A stretch of DNA of 53,990 nucleotides from a virus (IMGVR_UViG_3300036766_001883:1-53990); one strand, 5' to 3'. Shown: positions 27,401 through 35,446, counted from the stretch's first letter. The notes: generated from the sequence alone by a model not told the origin. Program-made: numbers and translations.

Positions 27401-27979
27401 ATCCTGCAAGATGAACTGGTCACCGAAAACGGCAAGCGGACCCGCCACACAATCACACGCTGGACGCCCGGGCTGCATACGGTCTGCCAGACCGTCATCG
27501 AGTGCGGCTACGACTACGACGGGCACGAGTACGTGCTGGAAGGGTATCCGAGGTCTACCGAGACGCCGGGCGAGATGCCGGAGGCGCCCCGGGTGACGGG
27601 CGACCCGGACCACCGGATCGTCGTGACGGAGGAGGGCGTGGAGGGCGGGGCGCTCAGTCCGCACTCGGCCGAGGGCCAGGCGGACGGCGGCGGCACGATG
27701 CCCGTCGTTGTGCACCTGGATGGAGTTCGGGATGCCGCCTTGTGCCAGCAGGTTGCGGATGACCTGGCGGCCGAGAGTGGGAAGTGGCTCTACACGGTAA
27801 CGATGGAGTGGCCGCGGCCATTCCTTTTCCGAAAAGGCGATAAGGTGGCGCTGGGGACCGTGCCGGGAGGGATCGGCGACATCGACGAGGCGACCATCAC
27901 CGGCCTGCATACGCAGTTCGATGAGAGGCAGGCATTGTGGACCCATACGGTCAGGGTCGAATGGTGGGCAGATTCATGA
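24437..27979 (+). CDS. Large multidomain tail tip/hub protein
   Basis: 1180 aa; FRFTTVPIPQGVTIDSA.L carbohydrate-binding-like module, repeat stalk, C-terminal baseplate-hub-like region. Confidence 0.65.
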   Translation: MATIASKDRTQTFTLRVGELAEVLDRRTRAAKTFRLPDAPDGRRRFRIGAGIGPVHYRADPFDGGQPLQEIDLDVNLTPGQDWDAACETNGYQARFWQSRVIGGRTVRYIAEFRRAGEWIGMAPVALAWENDAGQRQLIATPQAVGAPAIDNDANTVTWANAFGPGLSWRYNLRPDEFFKTVIIRHRSDLPAPTIGTQGLRLGIVVAVAWGDLGPSNGFTAGNAVADYGAEFSDLDAPDEAAQEPEPFSMRDLAARDICWLRRPRAWDSSRRQQTAAMGWKLLRKAGRVYLVLSLPAATLNSAQVQYPVFLDTAISEEQVGASTDDCRVLPPWSEIDLAGYYAWAGDYSSLYYDYESGFRFTTVPIPQGVTIDSADLSVCAGWGTVGIPLTKVRGEAADNPVTFSTYADFISRARTTAGLDWDFSDWPADVWETSPDLKSVVQEITNRSGWASNNALVLFWGDDQGSGYQGSNYQAVKTYDLETTTAAKFNCSYTENPAKAVSDTGAGADATPSIKAAVARTDSGAGADATPSIKAAVARTDSGAGADATPSIKAAVARTDSGAGADEVWAAGPAVITEDDMGAGADAVTTTVVIAVADEVVGPDHLLDILAGLSVLDNGVADDTLAVSAGVPVEDAGLGEDATGVTVAGQAPFVSDMASGAETISITRAGIVVMPVSCEIDSDLENLADSVQLAILEKDLAAPLAPAALKWLTISDGDSIRVRLGLRGLDLLDYGEFRVDESSLEAIGSQLATAIRGRDKAARLIEERARIQYGQGDYPEENPEIFTNPTARAVALRICQRVGMSLIWDAPNYQLVSFTLKPEDTLSKALGDLLGPLRQGKRYRADAWAEGDQVIVRRRGYGPIEGRIDCRLAPHVSIRREKRPTVGEISVSGAGWGSVGAMEWPALEAQAGESSIYGVNGPLHREVVTTTSEGVIARETEDIETTQWGNEILISRRVTTEERDLHTSDPKSSRRETSYGHDTRGKLILQDELVTENGKRTRHTITRWTPGLHTVCQTVIECGYDYDGHEYVLEGYPRSTETPGEMPEAPRVTGDPDHRIVVTEEGVEGGALSPHSAEGQADGGGTMPVVVHLDGVRDAALCQQVADDLAAESGKWLYTVTMEWPRPFLFRKGDKVALGTVPGGIGDIDEATITGLHTQFDERQALWTHTVRVEWWADS
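25950..26138 (+). repeat. Perfect 57-bp tandem repeat, about 3.3 copies, in frame
   Basis: Units start at 25950, 26007, 26064, 26121; encode GAGADATPSIKAAVARTDS. Confidence 0.95.
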
Positions 27980-30135
27980 GCCGCCTTGGCAGGATCGTCA
28001 GCAGGATCGTGGCGGCCGGGCAGACCGTTGGGACCGGCCTGGTTTCGGCGCGGGTCACCGCGAGCGAACTGAGGCTTGGCGACCGGGGGGAGCGGGTGCT
28101 GCTGGCAGGCAATGAAGCCCCGCGCGTCGGTGAGGTCGTGCCCTGGATACGCCTCGATGCACAGACGGTCGTGACGCCGCGCAACCGGATCTTCCAGCCG
28201 CCAAGGGCGATGCCGGAGTACCAGTTGCCGTTCTGGGCCGGCGAGGTTCACGGCGGCGTGATCACGGGCGTCTTCTCGAATGGGCAGTTCGGGAACGCGT
28301 CGCCCGGGTGCGCGGCCGACAGCAAGGGAAACGCGTGGGCGATCGCCTGCGAGTGGATTGATGAGATCAACGAGGTCTTCCGCCTCCACTTCTACTGCTG
28401 CCCACGCGATACCCTGGCGACCGGCTGGTCGAGCGCAGGGCATCTGGACTTCGCCCCGCTGGCCGTGGAGAAACACGGCGGCCCAGGGTTCCGCATGCCC
28501 TGCATGACGATCGAGGATGACATCCTCTTCGCCTGGTGGCACGGCAACAACCTCTGGGAGGTGGCGCACACGACGGCGGGCGCCCTGCAGGGCGTCATGG
28601 GCCAGATCAGCGCGGACCAGTTCACTCTCAGCCTCGCCGCGCCGGTCGATCTCGATCTTCCGGTCGTGGGCGGATTCAGTCCAGGCCGCACCCCGCGTTA
28701 CGCGGCCCTCGAAGTCGGCGAGGACGGCATGCTCTGGCTCGCGGCGACGCTCGAGGAGAAACACGAGCCGCCGCTGCTCGAGTTGCTTTACGGGGACAAC
28801 CTGGCAGTGGGCAGATACGGGTATGCGATCTCTCCGGCCTCAATCGAATCGGAGATGGGCGCCGGCGCGTGGGGGCTGAACGCCAGCAACATGGTGGAGC
28901 ATGTGATCACGTATGCCCTGGAAGGCGGCGCGACCCAGTCCGGGATGTACGCAAGTCGCGGTGGCGCACTGGCGGAGGGAACGCACTTCTTCATGCTCAC
29001 GACCTACAAGCAGGATGGCACCGGCGGCGATGGCGAGACGGCGGGGGCTTATGTCGGCTCCTTCATCGCACCAGATGATGGATGGCAGGTGCATTTCCTG
29101 ATGGACGGCTGCCGGGCGAACGGCCTGCAGCGGATCTATCACTCCTACAAGGCGCCGGGCGGCGAGGCGGGGCCCTACAAGTTGGCGGTTGACGCGCTGC
29201 CCGCAAGCGGCGGATGGGCCATCTGCGCCGTCAACGGCTGGGGGCAGGTTTGCCCCGAGGTCACGACGCTGCCGGTGAGGCGCGTGCGCGTGAAAGCGAT
29301 CACACCAGGGCCGCCAGGTACGAGGAGCCGGAAGATTTACCGCACCTTGGTCTTCACCGGCGAGCCAGGGGCGACGGGCTACGTCGGGGAGGTTGACGGC
29401 AATGATGATGGCGCTCAGTGGGTTGACACGACGGGCCCGACTCCGGGCGGACCTCCCCCGGGCCAGCCGGGCCCGCCGTACTCCGCCCTGGTGGTAGGAC
29501 GATCGGCGGCGGCGCGATCGTGGGGCAGCGGCGTCACGTGGGAGGTGATCCTGCCGTGGACCCAGGGTTACGTCGGCGACAGGCCAGCGGTGCTCGGGCT
29601 CCGGGACGGGCGCGCGATCGTGGCTTACAGAGACGCGACGCTGAAGATCTCGCTCAGATACTGCGGCGAGGGCGGCTGGGGCGCGGAATATCCCGTGGCC
29701 ATTGAGGAGGACGAGGGGGAGCCGGCATCGCTGGCGCTCTTCGCGCACAATATCCACCTCGCCTATCGCACCTGGGATTCGGGGATGACGCAGGAGCGCT
29801 GGTTCTATGCGCCGGTGCAGCTCGAGGGCGGGGCGCTCTCACTGAAGGGGCCGTATGAGGCCCATGCGGGCTCGTATGATTCGCTGTCGCCGCGGCTGGT
29901 CTGCATGGAGCACTACCGGGGCCTAATCCTGCACGGCGCCGGAGATGCCGCGGCCCGGGTAGTCAACACCAGGGGCTCCGAGCGGGCCTACAAAGCCAGC
30001 GACCCAATCGAGGTGCCGCCGGTGCTCAACTGGGACTGCGCCGTCCCGCGCAGCACCGTGGGCCGGGAGATCTGGGCGGTGATGGAGGATGGGTTCCATC
30101 ACTCAATCGGGGTAGCGATCTGGAGGCGGCGGTGA
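27976..30135 (+). CDS. Tail-associated protein (beta-propeller/FN3-like)
   Basis: ATGA overlap with the previous gene; RKIYRT module shared with 20473-21183. Confidence 0.6.
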   Translation: MSRLGRIVSRIVAAGQTVGTGLVSARVTASELRLGDRGERVLLAGNEAPRVGEVVPWIRLDAQTVVTPRNRIFQPPRAMPEYQLPFWAGEVHGGVITGVFSNGQFGNASPGCAADSKGNAWAIACEWIDEINEVFRLHFYCCPRDTLATGWSSAGHLDFAPLAVEKHGGPGFRMPCMTIEDDILFAWWHGNNLWEVAHTTAGALQGVMGQISADQFTLSLAAPVDLDLPVVGGFSPGRTPRYAALEVGEDGMLWLAATLEEKHEPPLLELLYGDNLAVGRYGYAISPASIESEMGAGAWGLNASNMVEHVITYALEGGATQSGMYASRGGALAEGTHFFMLTTYKQDGTGGDGETAGAYVGSFIAPDDGWQVHFLMDGCRANGLQRIYHSYKAPGGEAGPYKLAVDALPASGGWAICAVNGWGQVCPEVTTLPVRRVRVKAITPGPPGTRSRKIYRTLVFTGEPGATGYVGEVDGNDDGAQWVDTTGPTPGGPPPGQPGPPYSALVVGRSAAARSWGSGVTWEVILPWTQGYVGDRPAVLGLRDGRAIVAYRDATLKISLRYCGEGGWGAEYPVAIEEDEGEPASLALFAHNIHLAYRTWDSGMTQERWFYAPVQLEGGALSLKGPYEAHAGSYDSLSPRLVCMEHYRGLILHGAGDAAARVVNTRGSERAYKASDPIEVPPVLNWDCAVPRSTVGREIWAVMEDGFHHSIGVAIWRRR

Positions 30136-30362
30136 GCAGGCTCTATCGGGCGATCAAGGCTCTGGCCGGCCGGGGCGATCGGGCGGCGATCGCGACCGTG
30201 ATCGGGTATGCAGGCGGCGAGTATACGGTGAGTTACGGCGGGACGATCTACACGGTGCCGGCGGTCGAGCCGGCGCAGGCGCGCGACGGCGCCGCCGTGG
30301 CGGTCCTGATTGACAGCCGCAGGAACGAGCCGATCGCAATGCTGGGGCCGATCGGCGGGTAG
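30132..30362 (+). CDS. Small tail protein, similar to the N-terminus of 27976-30135
   Basis: GTGA overlap; MSRL start shared with the previous gene. Confidence 0.55.
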   Translation: MSRLYRAIKALAGRGDRAAIATVIGYAGGEYTVSYGGTIYTVPAVEPAQARDGAAVAVLIDSRRNEPIAMLGPIGG

Positions 30363-30419
30363 AGGGTTGCACAGAGTTCGATAGGGTTTTCAAGGTAACG
30401 CAAGGGTTTTGAAGGTAAC
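30363..30419. repeat. 20-bp-period direct repeats, operator-like
   Basis: AGGGTTTT(C/G)AAGGTAAC at 30383 and 30403; AGGGTT at 30363. Confidence 0.75.
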
Positions 30420-30440
30420 AGCAGAGAGGAGGATGGAGAG

Positions 30441-30791
30441 ATGCCTTGGCTGGAACAGAGAGTAATCAAGTTGGCTCTGGGCACGGATGTGACGCAGATA
30501 CTGCCGACGACGGACCTGAAGGACCTGCCCAATAGGGTACTGGTCGCATCGTGCGCCGGCGGCACGGGCAAGAAAGGGCTGGCCGACGCGGACCTTGAGT
30601 TCGGGCCGTCTGCCGATGGTCCCTGGTTCGGCGAGGACCTGGCGGCCTCCGGGATGCCCACGTTGGCGGCAGGCGGAACCGCAGTCTATCGCTGCACGCG
30701 CACGGACCGATATGCGCGGGTGACCGCGAAGGCGGCAACCGGCACAGACGTGTGCGACCTGACGATCTATTTCGCGGCGCAGGGATCCTGA
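30441..30791 (+). CDS. Hypothetical beta-sandwich protein
   Basis: RBS GGAGG/GGAG; RYARV motif. Confidence 0.6.
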   Translation: MPWLEQRVIKLALGTDVTQILPTTDLKDLPNRVLVASCAGGTGKKGLADADLEFGPSADGPWFGEDLAASGMPTLAAGGTAVYRCTRTDRYARVTAKAATGTDVCDLTIYFAAQGS

Positions 30792-30867
30792 GGGCGGTGC
30801 CGCGCAGCGGCAGTTGCCGGGCAGTCTCGCCCGGCCGGACAGTTGAGGTCGAGAGGAGAATAATGGC

Positions 30868-31194
30868 ATGACAGGCGAAGCAATCGTCGGCATCATCACG
30901 GCCAGCGGGGCCGTTCTTACCGGGGTGTTCGAGGCTTACCGCCGGATCGCGCAGGGCAACACGAAGCGCATCACGGATGCGATCGGGGCTCAGACCACTT
31001 CCATCGCGCAGCAGAACACGGCGATCAACCAGCAAAGCGCCTGCATCACGAAGTTCGCCGAGAAGAACGGCCGTGACCAGGTGGCAATACAGGACGCCGT
31101 GGGCAGACTCAACGAAGTCGCCCTTACGATGCTGCGGACGAGCGAGCGGTGCCAGACGGTGGAATCCATGCGCCGTGACCATCCAGGAGGCTGA
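30868..31194 (+). CDS. Putative holin-like membrane protein
   Basis: One N-terminal TM segment plus coiled coil, directly upstream of the endolysin. Confidence 0.5.
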   Translation: MTGEAIVGIITASGAVLTGVFEAYRRIAQGNTKRITDAIGAQTTSIAQQNTAINQQSACITKFAEKNGRDQVAIQDAVGRLNEVALTMLRTSERCQTVESMRRDHPGG

Positions 31195-31195
31195 C

Positions 31196-31681
31196 GTGAA
31201 AGAAATAAGAACGACGCAGCAGCGCCTGGCCGTGCTCGGCCGGCCCTACATCCTGAAGGCAGACGGGTCGCTGAAGGCCGACCCGGCCTGGGAGAGCGCC
31301 AACCTGGCGACGGTGCTGATGCCGACGGCCCTGCCTCTCTCCTGGGAGCCCAGCGTTCGCACGCAGAAGGTCCGGTGCCATCGCCTGGTGGCGGCACAAC
31401 TGCGCGGAGTCTTCAAGGACCTGAAGGATCGGGATCTCTGGGGCCAGTTCCAGACCTACGGCGGCTCCTACGTGGTGCGCCGAGTGAGGAGCGCGAACGG
31501 AATCAGCGGGCACGCCTTCGGGGCGGCATTCGACTACGACAGCGAGCGCATGCCGCTGCGGAGCAGGGCCCGGTGGCCGCGCCTGGTGGTCGCAGTCTGG
31601 AATGCCCACGGTGCGATATGTGGGCAGGACTTTTCGCGTCCCGACCCGATGCATTTCGAATTCGTGAAGTGCTACGGCTGA
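31196..31681 (+). CDS. Endolysin, M15-family peptidase
   Basis: RBS AGGAGG before GTG; R...SGHAFGAAFD...DPMHFE. Confidence 0.88.
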   Translation: MKEIRTTQQRLAVLGRPYILKADGSLKADPAWESANLATVLMPTALPLSWEPSVRTQKVRCHRLVAAQLRGVFKDLKDRDLWGQFQTYGGSYVVRRVRSANGISGHAFGAAFDYDSERMPLRSRARWPRLVVAVWNAHGAICGQDFSRPDPMHFEFVKCYG

Positions 31682-32163
31682 GGTCCACGGTAACGCCACT
31701 CGGGATGATGCCGATGATTCCAGTCGCGCTTATAGCAGGGATAACATAGGCCCTTTGCCTGGATCTTGCCTACCTTGCCGCACTTGAGGCAAGGCCGGTC
31801 TGCTGCTCTGCGCCATGGCTGCTGCTTATGGTAAGGGCTGTTCTGATGCGCGCTTTCAGTAGAGAAAAGGAGCAGATTCTCCGGCCTGTTGTCGGTCTTT
31901 ATGCCATTGATGTGATGGACGGACTCTCCGGGCCGCAGCGGGCGACCCAGCACGTTCGACATCACGAATCGATGTTCTAGCAGAAACCCATTCCTGCCAG
32001 CATTCGGATGACCTGGTAGGCGCCGCATGATATGTCCAGTATTGAGTATCGTACCAGACCCGTTCGGACGGCGGCGTGGCTTTTGAGAACGGCAACTAAG
32101 GCAGGTGCGGTCGTCGCGGAAATCAAAATGTTGGCGACATCTACGACACTGGCGCTGCGACAT
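31672..32163 (-). CDS. HNH homing endonuclease
   Basis: LEHRFVMSNVLGRPL..ESVHHINGIKTDNRPENL; RBS AAGGGAG. Confidence 0.9.
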   Translation of the reverse strand: MSQRQCRRCRQHFDFRDDRTCLSCRSQKPRRRPNGSGTILNTGHIMRRLPGHPNAGRNGFLLEHRFVMSNVLGRPLRPGESVHHINGIKTDNRPENLLLFSTESAHQNSPYHKQQPWRRAADRPCLKCGKVGKIQAKGLCYPCYKRDWNHRHHPEWRYRGPQP

Positions 32164-32370
32164 TGCACACTCCCTTCTATACGGATGAGCCTATTATAAT
32201 AGATCAACCTTCCAATGCCTACACTGTTTGGAAGCGCTCTCGCTGGGCCGGACTTTATATGCCCCGGTCCGGTGCATTTTGAGTGCGTGAAACTTTTCTG
32301 AAGGGAATCCCGATCCGCGTGGCGAATCACGAACACGCCATGTTGCGAGGCAGCGCGGAAGGAGCTGTCT

Positions 32371-32667
32371 GTGAACATTTTCAAGGTGCTGTTGAACTGG
32401 GGGAAGATAGCCGCAGGACTTGCCTCGGCTATCCCGGTCCTCGAGGAATTCGCCGAGAATGACCACGAGACCGCAGGTGCGATGATGCTCGCATGGGGCG
32501 ATGTCCAGGAGGCCATCCGGGAAGTCAAGGGCCAGGTTCCGGCCGATCTGAAAGAACAGGTGGACCCGCTGCTCGATAAACTCGCGTCCAAGGTGGCAAC
32601 CAAGGTCGCGGAGGGCCTGGACAGATTGATACCGGAGGAAGCGCTGCTCGGCCTTCTGCCGCACTAG
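32371..32667 (+). CDS. Hypothetical protein, lysis region
   Basis: RBS AAGGAG before GTG; amphipathic. Confidence 0.55.
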   Translation: MNIFKVLLNWGKIAAGLASAIPVLEEFAENDHETAGAMMLAWGDVQEAIREVKGQVPADLKEQVDPLLDKLASKVATKVAEGLDRLIPEEALLGLLPH

Positions 32668-32764
32668 GCGGCAGCACAGGCAGCGCCGGGTCAGGCCACG
32701 ATGCCGGCACTCTAACGCAGGATACGCGCTGCAAGCGCAGCAGGGGGCCTCACCTCCCCCCGCA

Positions 32765-32805
32765 CCAGGCCCCGCCTGAGCCAGCAGAGGCGGGGCCTGG
32801 CTTTT
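32765..32805 (+). terminator. Intrinsic terminator ending the late operon
   Basis: CCAGGCCCCGCCT/AGGCGGGGCCTGG 13-bp stem plus CTTTT. Confidence 0.75.
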
Positions 32806-32917
32806 CCAGCCCAGCCGGGCAGGAAGCAGAAACGGCTTTCACCCCAGATGACTGTCCACAAGGGACCCTCGCGCCTGCCATAGCCCAAAATATTCTGCCG
32901 ACACAGCCCGAACCCTC

Positions 32918-32945
32918 TTGACAAGCGGCGAATCCGTGCTATGAT
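32918..32945 (+). promoter_or_regulatory. Sigma70/SigA promoter of the RAMP-like gene
   Basis: TTGACA-N16-TATGAT with extended TG. Confidence 0.75.
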
Positions 32946-32975
32946 ATAGGCAGTTAGGAGCACGGAGGCGGCGAG

Positions 32976-33566
32976 GTGACTATCATCAGGGTCAGGATCG
33001 AAGGCGTGGCACCGCTCATGCAGCGGAGGTTCTCGGCGGGGCCCATCGGACCAGCAGAGACACGCCCAAACCAAGGGGCAGAGGACCCGCTGGCTCAGGC
33101 CGACGCATCCCTTTACCGCGGAGACGATGGGGTGATCTATCAACCGGCGGTCCATATCGAGAGGGCACTGGAGGAGGCCGGCGCACAAATGGGGCTGCCG
33201 ACACGGGGCGCGCTATTTGTGCAACCGGACCGGATCCGGCACGAGGGTCAAAAATATATCGTTGACGCGAGGCCTGTCACCGAGGGCGGCGCCAGGGTGA
33301 TGCGCTACCGGGCGCGGTTCGATGGCTGGGGACTCCACTTCGAGATTGTCCTGCTGAACGGCCGGCTGACGGAGGCTGCCGTGAGGGGGCTCCTGGACCA
33401 TGCAGGGCGCTATGTGGGGATCGGGGAGTACCGGCCTCGCCTCGGGCGGTTCGTGGTCACCGCCTGGGAGATTGCCGGAACAGGCCAACCGCCGGGCGCC
33501 AGCCAACCTGCCGGGTCGGGGCCGGCGGCCCTAGTCCCGGAAAAAATGTCCGCTTGGCCCCCTTGA
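32976..33566 (+). CDS. Stand-alone RAMP/Cas7-like protein
   Basis: N-terminal strand IRVRIEGVAPL, IYQPAVHIERAL, YRARFDGW.L.FEI, Gly-rich loop AGRYVGIGEYRPRLGRF; RBS GGAGG. Confidence 0.75.
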   Translation: MTIIRVRIEGVAPLMQRRFSAGPIGPAETRPNQGAEDPLAQADASLYRGDDGVIYQPAVHIERALEEAGAQMGLPTRGALFVQPDRIRHEGQKYIVDARPVTEGGARVMRYRARFDGWGLHFEIVLLNGRLTEAAVRGLLDHAGRYVGIGEYRPRLGRFVVTAWEIAGTGQPPGASQPAGSGPAALVPEKMSAWPP

Positions 33567-33591
33567 CAAGCGCAGACAATTCTTGTATAGA
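33563..33591 (+). promoter_or_regulatory. Sigma70/SigA promoter
   Basis: TTGACA-N17-TATAGA; shares CTTGACAAGCG with the 32918 promoter. Confidence 0.7.
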
Positions 33592-33627
33592 GGAAGGTCG
33601 AAGCAGCGCTGGGATGGAGATGCCGTG

Positions 33628-33912
33628 ATGAGGAAGCAGCGAGCGGCGAAGCGGGGAAACAAACCGAAGCCCGTCAGGCGCGCCTACATGCGCTCGCAGA
33701 GATGGCGGAAGATCGAGGCCGCCTACGGAAGTCCGCCGACCGACATTGTGCGCGGCCACCTGAGGGAGGGGCTGACTGTGACCGAGTCGGCGGGGAGGAT
33801 CCTGCGGGAGACGCGAATCAGCGTGAATCGCGCGACCCTGTATGCCTGGCTCGCCCAGGAGGCGGAACCGGGCCGGCCGTTGGTGGAGGCAGTCGCCGCA
33901 GCGGCAAAGTGA
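33628..33912 (+). CDS. Small HTH DNA-binding protein (regulator or excisionase candidate)
   Basis: LTVTESAGRI..ISVNRATLYAWL; adjacent to attP. Confidence 0.6.
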   Translation: MRKQRAAKRGNKPKPVRRAYMRSQRWRKIEAAYGSPPTDIVRGHLREGLTVTESAGRILRETRISVNRATLYAWLAQEAEPGRPLVEAVAAAAK

Positions 33913-34041
33913 CGGACGACAGATGGCGCAGGCGGTGACGATAGCGGGCGAGGGACTCGAGCGCAGGCTCGAGGCTGTTCTGTTCTGCCATGCACTCCTG
34001 CAGGCTCATGCGCCGGGCCGGTGGATGACGAACCGCGCACC

Positions 34042-34085
34042 TTGGGACCACGAGGTCGCCGGTTCAAGTCCGGCCGCCCCGACCA
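34042..34085 (+). mobile_element. attP core: 3' half of tRNA-Pro(TGG)
   Basis: TTGGGA-CCACG-AGGTC-GCCGG-TTCAAGT-CCGGC-CGCCCCG-ACCA gives anticodon loop, T arm, acceptor 3' strand and CCA; no 5' half; next to the integrase. Confidence 0.85.
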
Positions 34086-34255
34086 GCCTACTAGACTTCA
34101 GTGCCCCCTCCTTTTGCCGGGAGTCGCTCTCCTGTTACCCCACCGGCCCTCTAACGACCGATCATGCCCTGCCTTGCCCGGCGCATGGAATAGCACCCTT
34201 TGAGGATCGCGGCCAAAAAATCTCTGCGAACCGCGCACCTTGGGGAGGTGCTCAG

Positions 34256-35446
34256 ATGGGGAGTCTGCATTACGTCGTCCACTTCCTGCGCATGGAGCGG
34301 GCAGAGGGTAAAGCTTCATCCACACTTCGCAATCGCCACCGCGCCCTGAAAGCCCTCGATGCCTGGCTGGGATCGCTGGGGCTCACCGATAGCCAAGTCA
34401 GTCGCCTCGACCTGGCGGATTACGTCTGCTGCTTGCGGGAGAGGCATCCGGCGGACCAGGTCAACATTGACATCTCGGCCGCGAGGGTTTACTTCCGCTG
34501 GCTCGCCGAGATGCAGGTCCGCGGGGACAACCCGGCTGCCGCCCTGCGGTTCCTACGCGTGGAGCCGAAGCCGGTTGAGAGCCTGACGACGGAGGAGGTG
34601 CGCAGGTTGCTTTCCTTTGCCCGACGCACGCGGGGCCTGCGCTTTGGCACCGATCGAACTGCGGTGCTTGTAGTCTGCCTGATCGACACCGGCATGCGGC
34701 TGGGCGAAGCGCTGCGCCTGCGGGTCAGCGACCTGGACCTCATCCAGGGGCGACTGCAGGTGACAGCGACGAAGACGGGGAGGACACGGTCGGTACCGCT
34801 GTCGCCCATATTGCGGCGGCTGCTGGTGGCCTATCTGAGGCGCCGGGCGGCGCACTTGCAGCAGCGGAATCTGGCCGACTGCGGAGTACTCTTCATCGGC
34901 GAGCACGGCGGTCCCTGGACGATCGCCAATGCGGAGCGGTCGTGCAAGACGGTAGCCCGGCTCGCCGGCCTGAGGCGGGAGGTGTATCCACACCTGTTCC
35001 GGCACACGTTCGCCACGCAGTTGTTGGCGGGCGGGGCTTCGCTGATCGTGGTCATACTGTGGGGCGGATGGCAGAAGGTAACGACCGTGCAGCGCTATAC
35101 CCACATGTCGCCACAGCAGCAGGCAGACGTACACGCGGCGACCAGCCCGCTCATGCAGGCAAGCCGCCTGCAGTTCCTGATGCCAGAAGACCGAGGAGGT
35201 GATGATAACGACGGCGACCAGAAGCGAGGAGCGGTCAGGGCGCGAGCAGTCGGCGCGGCCCGGCGCGAGGACCGGAGTGCGCTGGTGCTAAGATCGAGTA
35301 AGGAGGCGAAAGCCCGCCGGAGCTGGCAGCCAGGCGGGCCATCGCGCACCCAGATAGGGCGACGGGATTATAGGCCGGGTCCGCTCGGCAGTCAAGCGCA
35401 GATTCGAGATCTATCCGCCGGGAGGCGGAGTAGGAGGACGAGATGA
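34256..35446 (+). CDS. int: Tyrosine recombinase/integrase (XerC/D-like)
   Basis: RBS GGAGGTG; DTGMRLGE (R), TKT (K), HLFRHTFA (HxxR), GGW, RYTH (Y). Confidence 0.92.
   Translation: MGSLHYVVHFLRMERAEGKASSTLRNRHRALKALDAWLGSLGLTDSQVSRLDLADYVCCLRERHPADQVNIDISAARVYFRWLAEMQVRGDNPAAALRFLRVEPKPVESLTTEEVRRLLSFARRTRGLRFGTDRTAVLVVCLIDTGMRLGEALRLRVSDLDLIQGRLQVTATKTGRTRSVPLSPILRRLLVAYLRRRAAHLQQRNLADCGVLFIGEHGGPWTIANAERSCKTVARLAGLRREVYPHLFRHTFATQLLAGGASLIVVILWGGWQKVTTVQRYTHMSPQQQADVHAATSPLMQASRLQFLMPEDRGGDDNDGDQKRGAVRARAVGAARREDRSALVLRSSKEAKARRSWQPGGPSRTQIGRRDYRPGPLGSQAQIRDLSAGRRSRRTR
35305..35395 (-). ncRNA. Putative ~55-nt antisense sRNA with its promoter
   Basis: TTGACT-N17-TATAAT (35395-35367), then GCCCGCC/GGCGGGC hairpin plus TTTC. 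Confidence 0.6.

Noticed and set aside
34010-34085. Complete phage-encoded tRNA-Pro
   Set aside because: No D arm, no 5' acceptor strand and no 5' anticodon stem; only the 3' half is present, as expected for attP
33842-34255. N-terminal extension of the integrase as given in the ORF track
   Set aside because: Runs through attP and the tRNA half; a strong RBS supports the start at 34256
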